In this document: positions 45,001-54,307 of the stretch, one piece after another
Layout of the letters: the number at the start of each line of letters is the position of its first letter
How positions within the stretch are numbered: the first letter of the stretch is position 1
Origin: Clostridia bacterium
Lineage (GTDB): Bacteria; Bacillota; Clostridia; UBA1212; DUPL01
Reading direction: 5' to 3'
DNA length: 64,000 nucleotides
Assembly (NCBI GenBank): GCA_050951325.1
Contig: JBMNIW010000009.1
Coordinates: forward strand, 1 to 64,000
Notes under the pieces: generated by a model
Told to the model about the DNA's origin: nothing
Database searches by the model: none
The model's input: the letters and a program-made list of their open reading frames with translations, nothing else
Made by a program: the position numbers and the translations under genes

Positions 45001-45102
45001 GTATTCACTCACACCTTTCATAACAACTTCAAAAACGCTGTCAATATATCTTCCTTTTTCACTTCTGTAAAAAGAGCTGCCATAAGATTTGGTGTTGGGC
45101 AC
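42040..45102 (-). CDS. sngA: TerB_N (x2) + TerB_C protein, Shango SngA-like, distal part
   Basis: YPTYTHMTNQQLLGYFSWRT and YYLNWRS..LYLSELVNLIG repeats; C-terminal IDFDKLDDIRE..IEDINEVALETTGD..IIEDY. Confidence 0.75.
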   Translation of the reverse strand: MPNTKSYGSSFYRSEKGRYIDSVFEVVMKGVSEYFSQKGISFNEMLFERKVDVYEPFKYNPFVKKDYGFSEYVISETERYFVQDQILYAEKLFPVRKHARLISFILKHMESRIREILGEKPLKIYDTSLYQDEEMRSIIDTGELVKVIHKQIAIVMHEEVAERNRQIRIKDKFDKMRSLSRTPKGMIYGAELFLKQVKFMEKVEYNEDVVLVDFLNVYPTYTHMTNQQLLGYFSWRTKIRKGIYEKADIGYIKLYLNETILLANCIDELDTLSKLLDFWKGMRNVTDIDKLMEDTIIEFYVLKGLDMPFAEVCERFPEGYIGNTLIMDEIAHGNYTNVYEYFNRRIRIRVSKEVQSVLKRVLPVALKEASDLLERECAFSLGSLLLGNVIKEEVSFSQLGYLIDKKECRIKEETYINKGIKYTFENGSLFYYGCDFDKREQKFCEYVVNIIATAARRYKKGDFSDIPFDIIFSGLERYSKHAEIIESMRFVHILTNEVKKIYKDVKIKEKQRLESFVLGGKKRYYDPEVVQQNKHLLSLVSSEAKEQRISSRQTYRYDYYNPIDFYTQACLLEDVDVYEKQRVSHDYDFANRYYLNWRSDVRRGIFKPANKNMVLLYLSELVNLIGVENEEELMDKLIKFWHGYSQVSDNIDDLIESVIMDAYIAYDLEKTYSFYVKKFPKRYYTIYGLYKIFEGDYDCASKYILEKSPYRARESAFGKGSDGYLIDLCMPKVLEKLDELFSKYDLSLPAYILGERQKLERKDGIFNDLQYVRLRKGKKTAVINDYLAYEWKDEICISRCGYCGLKESTYVLYGIIVKLAEIALRNLLSFKGTLKSPLDITDKTSDEIRYLIETIGAEKLGDCVMAAAAEVLGEKGVFVDDAIPTPKIEKVEIDFDKLDDIREVSQKLTEKLVINEEEEVEEVAAAEEKTNDICDIIDVSGENPYNSFVRMLNDIQMHLLKAIANKEDAYSVARKLGVMLEVVIEDINEVALETTGDTVVDVDCTIIEDYLDDIKKVLGG

Positions 45103-45670
45103 TCATTTTGTCGAAATACGGCAGAGTATTTTCATAATCACCGGAATATATTCTGTCTTCGTAAGATGCTATTTGAAACTTTTCATCAAAACTCTTGACT
45201 ATGTCTTTGAAAGAACCTACGGAATGAAGGATGCAGTAGTCTTTGATATTGTCATAAAACTCAAGATCAGTAAGCTCGTCGCATTTGTTCCATAAATCAA
45301 TCAGAAGGGCAAGTCCTTCCTCGCTTGTTACACCCACCAGATTGACAAGCTCGTTTATGTATACAAGAATGTATTCTCGTTTTGTTTGCTTGTAATTGTT
45401 CTCCAAAAACTGTGTGCGCCAGTACACGTAGTGATAGAGATTGGATTCCGTCATGTCTTCGAAGGCTCTAATGCTTCCAAGACCATCCGGTCTGCCCTTG
45501 TACGAATTATAAAAGCGATAGTCCTTTAAAAAGTCTGCACATTTAAAAAAACGGACAAAAGGCTCCCCATTGTCCCTGGATAATTCACGTACCTTGCTGA
45601 TTGCTTCGTGATCCAGTATCTTTTCTGACAACAATGTGAAAGCCTTTTCCGTTAAATTCTTTTCCTTCAT
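45059..45670 (-). CDS. TerB_N domain protein, probably the 5' part of sngA split by a frameshift
   Basis: FEDMTESNLYHYVYWRT..YILVYINELVNLVG; 44-nt overlap with the next ORF, which lacks an RBS. Confidence 0.65.
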   Translation of the reverse strand: MKEKNLTEKAFTLLSEKILDHEAISKVRELSRDNGEPFVRFFKCADFLKDYRFYNSYKGRPDGLGSIRAFEDMTESNLYHYVYWRTQFLENNYKQTKREYILVYINELVNLVGVTSEEGLALLIDLWNKCDELTDLEFYDNIKDYCILHSVGSFKDIVKSFDEKFQIASYEDRIYSGDYENTLPYFDKMSAQHQILWQLFLQK

Positions 45671-46485
45671 CTTTTGGTTACATCATTCTCCTTGAGAAAC
45701 TCTACAATTGCATTCACAATTGTATCCTGATATTCGTCACTTACAAGCTTCTTCTCTTCCTCTTCATTGGTCAAATATCCAAGCTCGAGTATCATACACG
45801 GACCTTCTGTCCAGTTGATACTTGTATAATTGTCGCTTCTTCGGACATTTCTATTTGCGGCCCCTGTTGCATTTACAAGCTTCTCCATAAGCATGTTTGC
45901 AATTGCAAGCTCATAGTTGGCAAGTGCCTTGGTTTCCTCACTGCCGTCACCCTTGTCCCTAATATATATCTCCATGCCGTGTACATCCTTGTTGTCCACT
46001 CCATTCAAATGAATCCTGAGTGTAAGATGGGAACCGAACTCATTTGACATAAGAGCTCTTTCCTTGTTTGATATGTCCACGTCATGAGTCTCTCTTGTCA
46101 TAAGTACCTCTGCGCCTGCATTCATCAAAGCATCACGCAGCTTAAGACCAATCTTCAAAGTCAACATATACTCAGGTGTACCTGTAGTTGCACCCTTTGT
46201 ACCTGCCGCAATCTTTCTCTTTTTTTCACTGCTCCACGGAGCCATTTCTTCAAGTTCATTGTTCGCTTTGCCCTGATGACCAGGATCAATGCATATCTTG
46301 AGACCATGCAAAGGAAGAACTTCTGTTGGAGAAGGAGTTGGTCCCTCCCCTTCTCCCGGTGTTTTATCAATGTTATCAGTTAATGTCGGTTCCGTTGTTT
46401 CATCTGCTGGTACGTTGCTGTTTGCACATCCTGTAATAAGGAGTGCAATCAATACCAAAATTGCTGTTATCTTATGTGTTTTCAA
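45667..46485 (-). CDS. N-acetylmuramoyl-L-alanine amidase lipoprotein (Amidase_3)
   Basis: Lipobox ITGC; IDPGHQG, RIHLNG, ILELGYLTN. Confidence 0.9.
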   Translation of the reverse strand: MKTHKITAILVLIALLITGCANSNVPADETTEPTLTDNIDKTPGEGEGPTPSPTEVLPLHGLKICIDPGHQGKANNELEEMAPWSSEKKRKIAAGTKGATTGTPEYMLTLKIGLKLRDALMNAGAEVLMTRETHDVDISNKERALMSNEFGSHLTLRIHLNGVDNKDVHGMEIYIRDKGDGSEETKALANYELAIANMLMEKLVNATGAANRNVRRSDNYTSINWTEGPCMILELGYLTNEEEEKKLVSDEYQDTIVNAIVEFLKENDVTKR

Positions 46486-46501
46486 CTCGTACTACTCCTT
46501 C

Positions 46502-48967
46502 TTATACAATGGTATAGCTGCCCGGTTCGTCAAGGTTGATTCTTATACGATTGCCAGCCCTTTCAAACTCAGATACGAGAGCAACCTTGTCATTTATTCT
46601 TATCGTAGAATTTTCGTCCTTGTTTATAAGGGGGAAGCACAATGAAGCCCTGGTTGGCACAGTGCAGTTATAAACAAAGGTTCCGTTTTCCATTCTCCAA
46701 CTGCTCTTTACTAGACCGCTGGCAGACTCATACTCCGCTTCAACATAGGTGATGTTCTCCTGACCTTCAGGCAACTCATCTTTTGTTCTGGTATCAGGCA
46801 TTGGTCTTAAAACGACATGTTTGAAACCAGGCTCGTTAAAGTCATTGTTAATACCCGCCATGTACTTGAACATCCACTCCAACACAGCACCGTATGCATA
46901 GTGGTTGAAGGAGTTCATTCCAGCATCTCCGAATCCCTTTTCAATTGTATATGAATTCCATCTCTCCCAAATTGTTGTTGCTCCCTGATATACGCTGTAC
47001 AGCCAGGATGGATCTTCCGTCTGCAGAAGCAACGAATACGCTATATTGCTTTTTCCAAACTCACTCAATGTCTGGTTCAATATACCGGTTCCGATAAAAC
47101 CTGTACTCAACCTGTATCCGTTGTCCTTTATCTTCTGCTCCAGACAGTCCGCTGCTTCCTGAACATAGGATTCTGGCAGCATGTATGTCTTTAGAGCCAG
47201 GAGATATGCAGTCTGGGATGTTTCCTTAAGCTTTCCATTCTCGTCAAGGAATTTCTCCTGGAAATGCTTCTTGATATCCTCATATAGTTTTGCATACTCT
47301 TCTTCTTTTTGCGAACCTATTGCCCTTGCCATATCCCTCATGTACATGGTGCTCAAGGCAAACATGCAGCATGAGACGTATTCCTTGTCGGTAGGCTCAT
47401 AGCTTAGCCAGTCTCCATATACCGCATTTCCTCCACCAAGGCCAAAGCTTCTCAAGTACTGAATGTATTTGTCCATGGCTTCGAAATTGTCCTCTATTAT
47501 CTTTTTGTCTCCATACATGCGGTAGATTACATATGGAACAATAACACCGGCATCCGCCCATGCAGCATTGCCCTCTCCCACCACTCTGACACGGGGAGCT
47601 ACATCCGGGAAAGCTCCATTCTCACTTTGGCAGTCTCTCATATCCTGCATCCACTTGTGGAAAAACTCTCGAACGTCCGCATTGTAGCATGCCGCATTGA
47701 CAAAAATCTGCGTATCGCCTGTCCAGCCAAGTCTTTCATCCCTTTGTGGACAGTCGGTGGGTATGCTTAAATAGTTTCCTCTCTGTCCCCATATCACATT
47801 ACTGATTAGCTTGTTTACATCCTCATTAGATGTTCTTATTCTGCCTGTTTCCTTTGTATCAGAACCTACCACGCAAGCCTTGATATATATGAGGACAATG
47901 TCGTCATCCGCTGTAATTTCAATGTACCTGAAACCAAAGAATGCATGGGTTGGATTGTATGTCTCTCCAAACTCGTCCCCTCTTAAGATATATTGTATCT
48001 TGGACTTTGCGCTCCTGTAATTTTCAGTATACAAACTGCCCTTCGGTCCGTCATTGCCTCTTGATTTATCTCCGCTGTCATTGAGCATTTCAGCAAATCT
48101 CACAAGAATGCTTGTGCCTCTTTTGCCTTTTACGGTGAATCTAGGCCATCCAACCAGGTTCTGACCAATGTCTATCAAAAGGGTTTGACCCTTCCTGATT
48201 TTAACTTCCTGGCCCAGTTCAAACTCATTTACATAAACAACCTCACCATAATCAGTTCCGTTGTCCCTTATTCCCTCATACAACTTCATGCTGACAGGAA
48301 GCATGTTCAAAAATTCCCTCTCCCTTATTGCAGGACCTATATGCTTTGTGACCTCGCCATTAAAGTTTGTATAGATTAACGCATGGTTCCAATCAGAGTC
48401 ATCAAAGCCGGGATATTTAAAAGAATCATTGTCTACTCTGGCATCGTAGAACTCTCCATCCCAGATGTCCGCACTTAATATGGCGCCACCTACTTTGCAT
48501 TTCCAGTCCTCATCCGTACCAATATGGTTTGTGGTGCCGTCTTCATAAGTAAAATCAAGCCTTGCAAGAAATGCCACACTATCCTTTGGATAAGTATCAA
48601 TATTGATTCTTCCCTGCCACCAACCAGGAGATACAATGCCTGTTATGCAGTTTACGCCGTCTGTAAGATACTCTTTAACATCGTATTCATAATACAGAAC
48701 TCTCTTTCTGTATTCGGTCCATCCAGGCTTTAAAACATCCTTTCCTACCTTTATGCCATTAATAAAGAGCTCAAATATGCCCAAAGCAGTTGCTTTAACA
48801 ACAGCTTCTTTTACCTCTTTCGAAACTTTGAATTCCCTTCTAAATATTGGCAGACCACCACCGTTTTTTAAAGGCGACTTCCTGTAATCAGCAGTGCTCT
48901 GATTCTCCCAAGGATTAACTCCTTTTTCCACTCTACTGTATTCAATACTTATCCATCTAGCATCCAT
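46502..48967 (-). CDS. GH78 alpha-L-rhamnosidase
   Basis: SIPTDCPQRDERLGWTGD, GATTIWERWNS, MNSFNHYAYGAV. Confidence 0.92.
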   Translation of the reverse strand: MDARWISIEYSRVEKGVNPWENQSTADYRKSPLKNGGGLPIFRREFKVSKEVKEAVVKATALGIFELFINGIKVGKDVLKPGWTEYRKRVLYYEYDVKEYLTDGVNCITGIVSPGWWQGRINIDTYPKDSVAFLARLDFTYEDGTTNHIGTDEDWKCKVGGAILSADIWDGEFYDARVDNDSFKYPGFDDSDWNHALIYTNFNGEVTKHIGPAIREREFLNMLPVSMKLYEGIRDNGTDYGEVVYVNEFELGQEVKIRKGQTLLIDIGQNLVGWPRFTVKGKRGTSILVRFAEMLNDSGDKSRGNDGPKGSLYTENYRSAKSKIQYILRGDEFGETYNPTHAFFGFRYIEITADDDIVLIYIKACVVGSDTKETGRIRTSNEDVNKLISNVIWGQRGNYLSIPTDCPQRDERLGWTGDTQIFVNAACYNADVREFFHKWMQDMRDCQSENGAFPDVAPRVRVVGEGNAAWADAGVIVPYVIYRMYGDKKIIEDNFEAMDKYIQYLRSFGLGGGNAVYGDWLSYEPTDKEYVSCCMFALSTMYMRDMARAIGSQKEEEYAKLYEDIKKHFQEKFLDENGKLKETSQTAYLLALKTYMLPESYVQEAADCLEQKIKDNGYRLSTGFIGTGILNQTLSEFGKSNIAYSLLLQTEDPSWLYSVYQGATTIWERWNSYTIEKGFGDAGMNSFNHYAYGAVLEWMFKYMAGINNDFNEPGFKHVVLRPMPDTRTKDELPEGQENITYVEAEYESASGLVKSSWRMENGTFVYNCTVPTRASLCFPLINKDENSTIRINDKVALVSEFERAGNRIRINLDEPGSYTIV

Positions 48968-49041
48968 ATTTCGATCCCCCTGTATTCAATATCGTGTACT
49001 TGTCCCAATGCCCTGTATTATATGTTTACACATTCCTCTTG

Positions 49042-50331
49042 TCAACCGTTCAAGCTTTTCTTGATATTTTCAATTTCCACAAGGGCATTTTCGGAAATCT
49101 TTCTTCTTCTTTCCACCTTGTTTTTTATCCCAATGTCTCCACTGGCAATTATCCCAAAATTGATTCCCATGGGCTGGAAATCCTTGCCTGGGTAGCTTGC
49201 TGCATAATTTGCAAGAGCTCCAATAGCTGTCGATACAGGAAAGACAACTGGCGTCTTGCCCTGATAAAGTCTTGCGGCATTTATGCCTGCCACAAGTCCG
49301 GAGGACGTAGATTCCATATACCCTTCCACTCCGGTAATCTGTCCGGCAAAGTACATGTTCTTTCCTATTACCCTATACGTTCTGTCCAAAAAGCCAGGAG
49401 ACTTAAGGTATGTGTTTCTATGCATGACGCCATATCTTGCATACTCGGCATTTCTAAGAGCCGGTATAAGTCCGAAGACTCTTTTCTGCTCTCCAAACTT
49501 GAGTCTTGTCTGAAAACCAACAATATTGTATATTGTGCCTTCCAGATTCTCCTGTCTGAGCTGCACAATTGCATAGTATTTCTTGTCGAAGCCAACGGGC
49601 TTCAAAGGACCGAACCTTAATGTGTCCACTCCCCTTTTTGCCATTTCTTCAATTGGCATGCATCCTTCATAAAGTCTTATGTCATCAAAATCCTCAACAA
49701 AAGCAGTCTCAGCATTTATGAGGTTGTTATAAAATTCGAGATATTCCTCTCTGGAAAGGGGGCAGTTTATATAATCATCATCCCCTTTTCCGTATCTGGA
49801 ACCCCTGAATGCATGGTTCATGTCAATGGATTCAGCAAATACAATAGGGGCTGCCGCATCAAAAAATGACAAAGAGGGACAAAGCCCAGCAAATTCTTGT
49901 GACAAAGCGTCACTGGTCAAAGGCCCTGTTGCGTATATCGTTATTTCATCCTCTATTATCCTTGTTACTTCTTCCCTTGAAATTTCTATCAAAGGATGAC
50001 TTCCAATTCTTTCAGTTACAAGTCTGGAAAAAAGCTCCCTGTCTACAGACAAAGAACCTCCTGCAGGAACCTCGGATTTTAACGCACAATCCATTATCAA
50101 CGATCCTAAAGCTTTCATTTCTTCCTTCAACAGCCCGGAGGCGTTTTCAATATTGCGAGCCTTGAAGGAATTGCTGCAAACCAGTTCTGCTAAATCTTCG
50201 CTTTTATGTGCAGGAGAAAACTTTTGCGGTTTCATTTCGTAAAGCTTTACCGGGATCCCCCTTTCAGCAATCTGAAAGGCAGCCTCGCAACCAGCAAGAC
50301 CCGCTCCGACAACATTAATTTTTTTGTCCAT
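49042..50331 (-). CDS. trmFO: Folate/FAD-dependent tRNA m5U54 methyltransferase
   Basis: GAGLAGCEAA, ELVCSNS, FFDAAAP, RYGVMHRNT, AGQITGVEGY. Confidence 0.95.
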   Translation of the reverse strand: MDKKINVVGAGLAGCEAAFQIAERGIPVKLYEMKPQKFSPAHKSEDLAELVCSNSFKARNIENASGLLKEEMKALGSLIMDCALKSEVPAGGSLSVDRELFSRLVTERIGSHPLIEISREEVTRIIEDEITIYATGPLTSDALSQEFAGLCPSLSFFDAAAPIVFAESIDMNHAFRGSRYGKGDDDYINCPLSREEYLEFYNNLINAETAFVEDFDDIRLYEGCMPIEEMAKRGVDTLRFGPLKPVGFDKKYYAIVQLRQENLEGTIYNIVGFQTRLKFGEQKRVFGLIPALRNAEYARYGVMHRNTYLKSPGFLDRTYRVIGKNMYFAGQITGVEGYMESTSSGLVAGINAARLYQGKTPVVFPVSTAIGALANYAASYPGKDFQPMGINFGIIASGDIGIKNKVERRRKISENALVEIENIKKSLNG

Positions 50332-50336
50332 ATGCC

Positions 50337-52457
50337 TCAACCCTTATCGTTATTCTCCACAACATCCATTTTGTAGGAACATTTCTTGTTGCTGCAGGCA
50401 ATCTGCGTGCCGCTTCTCCTATTCACATACTCAAGATGCTGACCGCACTCGGGACACTTTTCACCTGTGGGTACATTCCAAGAGTTGAATTCGCAATCGG
50501 GATAGTTCGAGCAACCCACATATTTACGTCCTGTTTTTGTTTTCCTGTATATCAAAGGTTTGCCGCAGGAAGGACAGTCAACACCTACTTCTTCAACGAT
50601 TGGTTTTGTGTTCCTGCACTCGGGAAATCCGGGACATGCCAGGAATTTTCCATACCTGCCGGTTTTGTACACCATCATTCTTCCACACTTGTCGCAAGGT
50701 ACATCGCTTACAGGATCCTCAATCTTTACTTTTTCCAGTTCTTCCTCAGCCTTTTGTACCTGTTTTTCAAAAGGAGTGTAAAAATCCCTGATGACAGAAA
50801 CCCAGTTTTCCTCTCCCTCGGCAATCTTGTCAAACCTGTCTTCAATATTTGCCGTAAACTCCACGTTTACAATGTCATTAAAACTCTTTTTCAAAAGGTC
50901 ATTAACTATCCTTCCGAGTTCCGTTGGAAACAGGACCTTCTTTTCCCTTCTGACATATCCTCTTGCCAGAATTGTCGAAATTGTAGGAGCATAAGTACTA
51001 GGTCTTCCAATGCCGTGCTCTTCCAGAGCCTTGACAAGGGATGCTTCCGTATACCTTGGTGGAGGCTGTGTGAAGTGCTGCTTTTTATCCAGCTTGTCAA
51101 GATTTAGAACCTCGCCAACCTCCAGTTTAGGCAGCTTCCTGTTGCCATCCTCTTCATTTTCGTCATTGTTATCGCTCTTGGAATCCATATATATTGCGGT
51201 GTATCCCTTGAACTTCAATGTACTACCTGAAGCCTTGAAAAGATAATCTCCTTTTGATGTGAGTATGTCTACACTAACCGTATCATAAACTGCTTCAGCC
51301 ATCTGGGAAGCGATGAATCTCTCGTATATCAGTTTGTACAATTTGTACTGATCGTTTGTCAGTTTGTCCTTTATCTTGCCAGGGGCATGCTCAAGATAAG
51401 TTGGTCTTATTGCCTCGTGAGCATCCTGGGCCTGATTCTTGTTTTTGTAAACTCTTTTCTTTTTTGGAACATACTCGTCTCCAAAATTGCCTTTAATATA
51501 TTCAAGAGCCTGGTTTTGAGCATTGTCCGAAATCCTTACGGAGTCCGTTCTAATATACGTAACAAGACCGGTAACACCCTGTTTTCCACCCAAATCAATT
51601 CCTTCATAAAGCATCTGCGCAACCATCATCGTCTTTGAAGCAGGGAACCCAAACCTTCTGGATGCCTCCTGCTGTAGAGTGCTGGTTGTAAAAGGTGGCG
51701 CTGGACTTCTTCTTCTTTCAGATTTCTTTAAATCAACAACCTTGAACTCACTGTTTTCTATTTCATCGTAGATTGTTTTTGCCTGTTCCTCGTTTTCAAC
51801 CTCTATTTTTCCACCTTGTTTTCCGTGGAATTTGGCCTCAAACCTATCCTTTTTGCCAAACTTTGACAACAGAGCGGTAATGGACCAGTATTCCTTTGGC
51901 TCGAAGGCTTCTATCTCGTCTTCCCTGTCGCATATAAGTCTTGTGGCAACAGACTGCACCCTTCCCGCACTAAGTCCTTTTTTAACCTTTTTCCACAGAA
52001 CAGGACTTATCTTGTAGCCAACAATCCTGTCCAAAACACGTCGTGCCTGATAAGTGTCCACCAGCTTCATATCTATCGGTCTTGGATTCTTAAAACCTTC
52101 CAAAACAGCATTTTTTGTGATTTCATTGAATGTGACCCTGCAAGGCTCATTGGCATCAATATCCAGCAACTGTGTCAGATGCCACGAAATGGCCTCTCCT
52201 TCCCTGTCCGGGTCCGTTGCAAGATATACCTTTTTTGCCTTTCCGGCTTCCTTCTTAAGGGTTTTAATCAAGTCACCCTTTCCTCTTATGTTAATATATT
52301 GAGGTTCAAAATCATTCTCTATATCAATTGCCAATTTGCTTTTTGGCAAATCCCTTACGTGCCCGGCCGACGCTTCGACCTTGTAGCTTCTGCCTAAAAA
52401 CTTCTTTATTGTATTTGCTTTTGTGGGCGACTCCACAATAACAAGATAATCAGCCAT
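50337..52457 (-). CDS. topA: DNA topoisomerase I
   Basis: IVESPTKA, ATDPDREGE, SAGRVQS, TYIRTDS, C-terminal zinc ribbons. Confidence 0.97.
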   Translation of the reverse strand: MADYLVIVESPTKANTIKKFLGRSYKVEASAGHVRDLPKSKLAIDIENDFEPQYINIRGKGDLIKTLKKEAGKAKKVYLATDPDREGEAISWHLTQLLDIDANEPCRVTFNEITKNAVLEGFKNPRPIDMKLVDTYQARRVLDRIVGYKISPVLWKKVKKGLSAGRVQSVATRLICDREDEIEAFEPKEYWSITALLSKFGKKDRFEAKFHGKQGGKIEVENEEQAKTIYDEIENSEFKVVDLKKSERRRSPAPPFTTSTLQQEASRRFGFPASKTMMVAQMLYEGIDLGGKQGVTGLVTYIRTDSVRISDNAQNQALEYIKGNFGDEYVPKKKRVYKNKNQAQDAHEAIRPTYLEHAPGKIKDKLTNDQYKLYKLIYERFIASQMAEAVYDTVSVDILTSKGDYLFKASGSTLKFKGYTAIYMDSKSDNNDENEEDGNRKLPKLEVGEVLNLDKLDKKQHFTQPPPRYTEASLVKALEEHGIGRPSTYAPTISTILARGYVRREKKVLFPTELGRIVNDLLKKSFNDIVNVEFTANIEDRFDKIAEGEENWVSVIRDFYTPFEKQVQKAEEELEKVKIEDPVSDVPCDKCGRMMVYKTGRYGKFLACPGFPECRNTKPIVEEVGVDCPSCGKPLIYRKTKTGRKYVGCSNYPDCEFNSWNVPTGEKCPECGQHLEYVNRRSGTQIACSNKKCSYKMDVVENNDKG

Positions 52458-52532
52458 TTTTACTTTCCTCCAAATATGTTTGCTTAATTTAAAACCAACT
52501 CATGATAGCACAATCCGCATTTTCCATCAATA

Positions 52533-53624
52533 TTATATTACAACGTGCAGATTACCATGTCTATCCCTTCCCAATATACCCTTCACTTCCAAAATCGTCG
52601 TAATCGCAACGACTCTTGCGCTGTCCAACCCGGTTTTGCTGCAAATATCCTCGATTTTAACACCTTTGTAAATCAAGTCTGCAACCATTGCCTCTTCCTT
52701 GTCCAAACCATTCAGCCAGCCGACAGTCCCGGCAATTTTCCTGCCTTCAATCAAATTCAAACCTTCCAACACATCGATAAAGCTGGTGGCGATACAGGCT
52801 CCAGCCTTTATCAGGCTGTTGCAGCCTTCGCTGTAACTCGAATCAATATTGCCAGGTACGGAAAATATATCTCTTCCCTCATTTATTGCAAAGTTCACAG
52901 TTATCATGGCGCCGCTTTTCTTTCCTGCCTCGCACACAAGAAGCCCTTTGCCAAGACCGGCGATGATTCTGTTTCTTGCTGGAAAATGATGCTTAAGCGG
53001 CATTGTGCCCGGCGGATACTCCGAAAGAACAAGTCCGTTCTCTTTTATCCTGTAGTATATAACCTCGTTCTCCAAAGGATAAATGTTGTCAGGTCCTCCT
53101 CCCAGTACCGCAATTGTGTATCCATTTGCATCAAGACATCCCACATGAGCTCTGGCATCTATGCCTTTTGCCATCCCGCTTACAATTCCAACACCGTGTT
53201 TTGCAATATTGAAACACATGTCATATGTGACTTTTCTTCCATATGCGGAACACTTTCTTGAACCCACAACCGACAAGAGAGTCGTGTTTTTATCCGGCAA
53301 TTTACCATAATAGTACAAAACGAATGGTGGGTCAAATATATTTTTCAAATCCTCAGGATAATCCTCCCTGAAAACATGCGTTATTTTGACACCCTTTTCC
53401 AAAACCCTTTCGTAAATCCTTGCTGCCCTGTCCTTAATGGATTCATCCATTAGTCTCTGACATAATAACCGATTATTCCTGATTTCACAAGTCACATCAG
53501 TATAACTTTTAACCAAATAAGCTTCTCTCAAGCTCCCATAGTTTTCTACCAGCAGACTCGCAATTTTGTTTGCAGGTCTTCCAAGCAAAGTAATCCAAAT
53601 ATGTACAAGATTATCAGAATACAT
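52533..53624 (-). CDS. dprA: DNA-processing protein DprA
   Basis: VVGSRKCS, VSGMAKGID, SEYPPG, FPARNRII, SGAMIT. Confidence 0.95.
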   Translation of the reverse strand: MYSDNLVHIWITLLGRPANKIASLLVENYGSLREAYLVKSYTDVTCEIRNNRLLCQRLMDESIKDRAARIYERVLEKGVKITHVFREDYPEDLKNIFDPPFVLYYYGKLPDKNTTLLSVVGSRKCSAYGRKVTYDMCFNIAKHGVGIVSGMAKGIDARAHVGCLDANGYTIAVLGGGPDNIYPLENEVIYYRIKENGLVLSEYPPGTMPLKHHFPARNRIIAGLGKGLLVCEAGKKSGAMITVNFAINEGRDIFSVPGNIDSSYSEGCNSLIKAGACIATSFIDVLEGLNLIEGRKIAGTVGWLNGLDKEEAMVADLIYKGVKIEDICSKTGLDSARVVAITTILEVKGILGRDRHGNLHVVI

Positions 53625-53642
53625 TAAACAATCCTCCTCGTA

Positions 53643-54212
53643 TTATATAGTAGTAGTTTTTAAATAAATATAACACGATACATAACCCAAAGCTTCAGCC
53701 ACATCAAACTTGGATATCGTCTCTCGTAAATCAAGGTCCGCTATTGTTCTTGACACCCTGAACACCTTGTCCATGTCTACCATGCTGCATCTATAAATTT
53801 TTTGTGCCTCTTTTATAAACTCCTGTGCCTCCAAATCCATCCTGCAATACTTTTCAAAACCGTTTCTACTCAGGCTTCCGTTAAACTTGAACGAATTGCT
53901 TTCATACCGCTTTTCCTGTATCCTGTGAACAGTATTTATCCTTTCATGATCCACATCCTGTCTCAAATCATTAATCGGCACGTACATGTCCGATGAGTTT
54001 AATTGTCTGGATGGAATATTGGCAAATGTGTACTGTATGTCCAGATCCGTGCATGTACAATCTCTCCTGAAAAGAAGACCACATTTGCAGGGTGAATAGC
54101 AAGAAACAAAAAACTCTTCACATGTGATTGGCATTAAATCAACACTGCCAAAAAGCATGCAGTTGTGTTTTCCTGACAAAGCTATTTCCAAAATCCTCTT
54201 CAAACTATACAT
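53643..54212 (-). CDS. Miniaturised ComM/YifB (Mg-chelatase-like) homologue lacking the AAA+ core
   Basis: KRILEIALSGKHN, PCKCG..CTCT, RIQEKRY..NG.L, KVFRVSRTIADL..VAEALGY; adjacent to dprA. Confidence 0.7.
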   Translation of the reverse strand: MYSLKRILEIALSGKHNCMLFGSVDLMPITCEEFFVSCYSPCKCGLLFRRDCTCTDLDIQYTFANIPSRQLNSSDMYVPINDLRQDVDHERINTVHRIQEKRYESNSFKFNGSLSRNGFEKYCRMDLEAQEFIKEAQKIYRCSMVDMDKVFRVSRTIADLDLRETISKFDVAEALGYVSCYIYLKTTTI

Positions 54213-54232
54213 GACATATCCTTTCTGAAAAT

Positions 54233-54278
54233 AAAAAACCCTCCATCATTGCAGCATTCCTGCAATATTCTGGGGGGA
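54233..54278 (-). terminator. Terminator downstream of nrdR
   Basis: CCCCCCAG..TTGCAG/CTGCAA..TGGAGGG + T-run on the minus strand. Confidence 0.5.
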
Positions 54279-54307
54279 TGAAAATCATATTCAGCTTTAG
54301 ATCTTAT

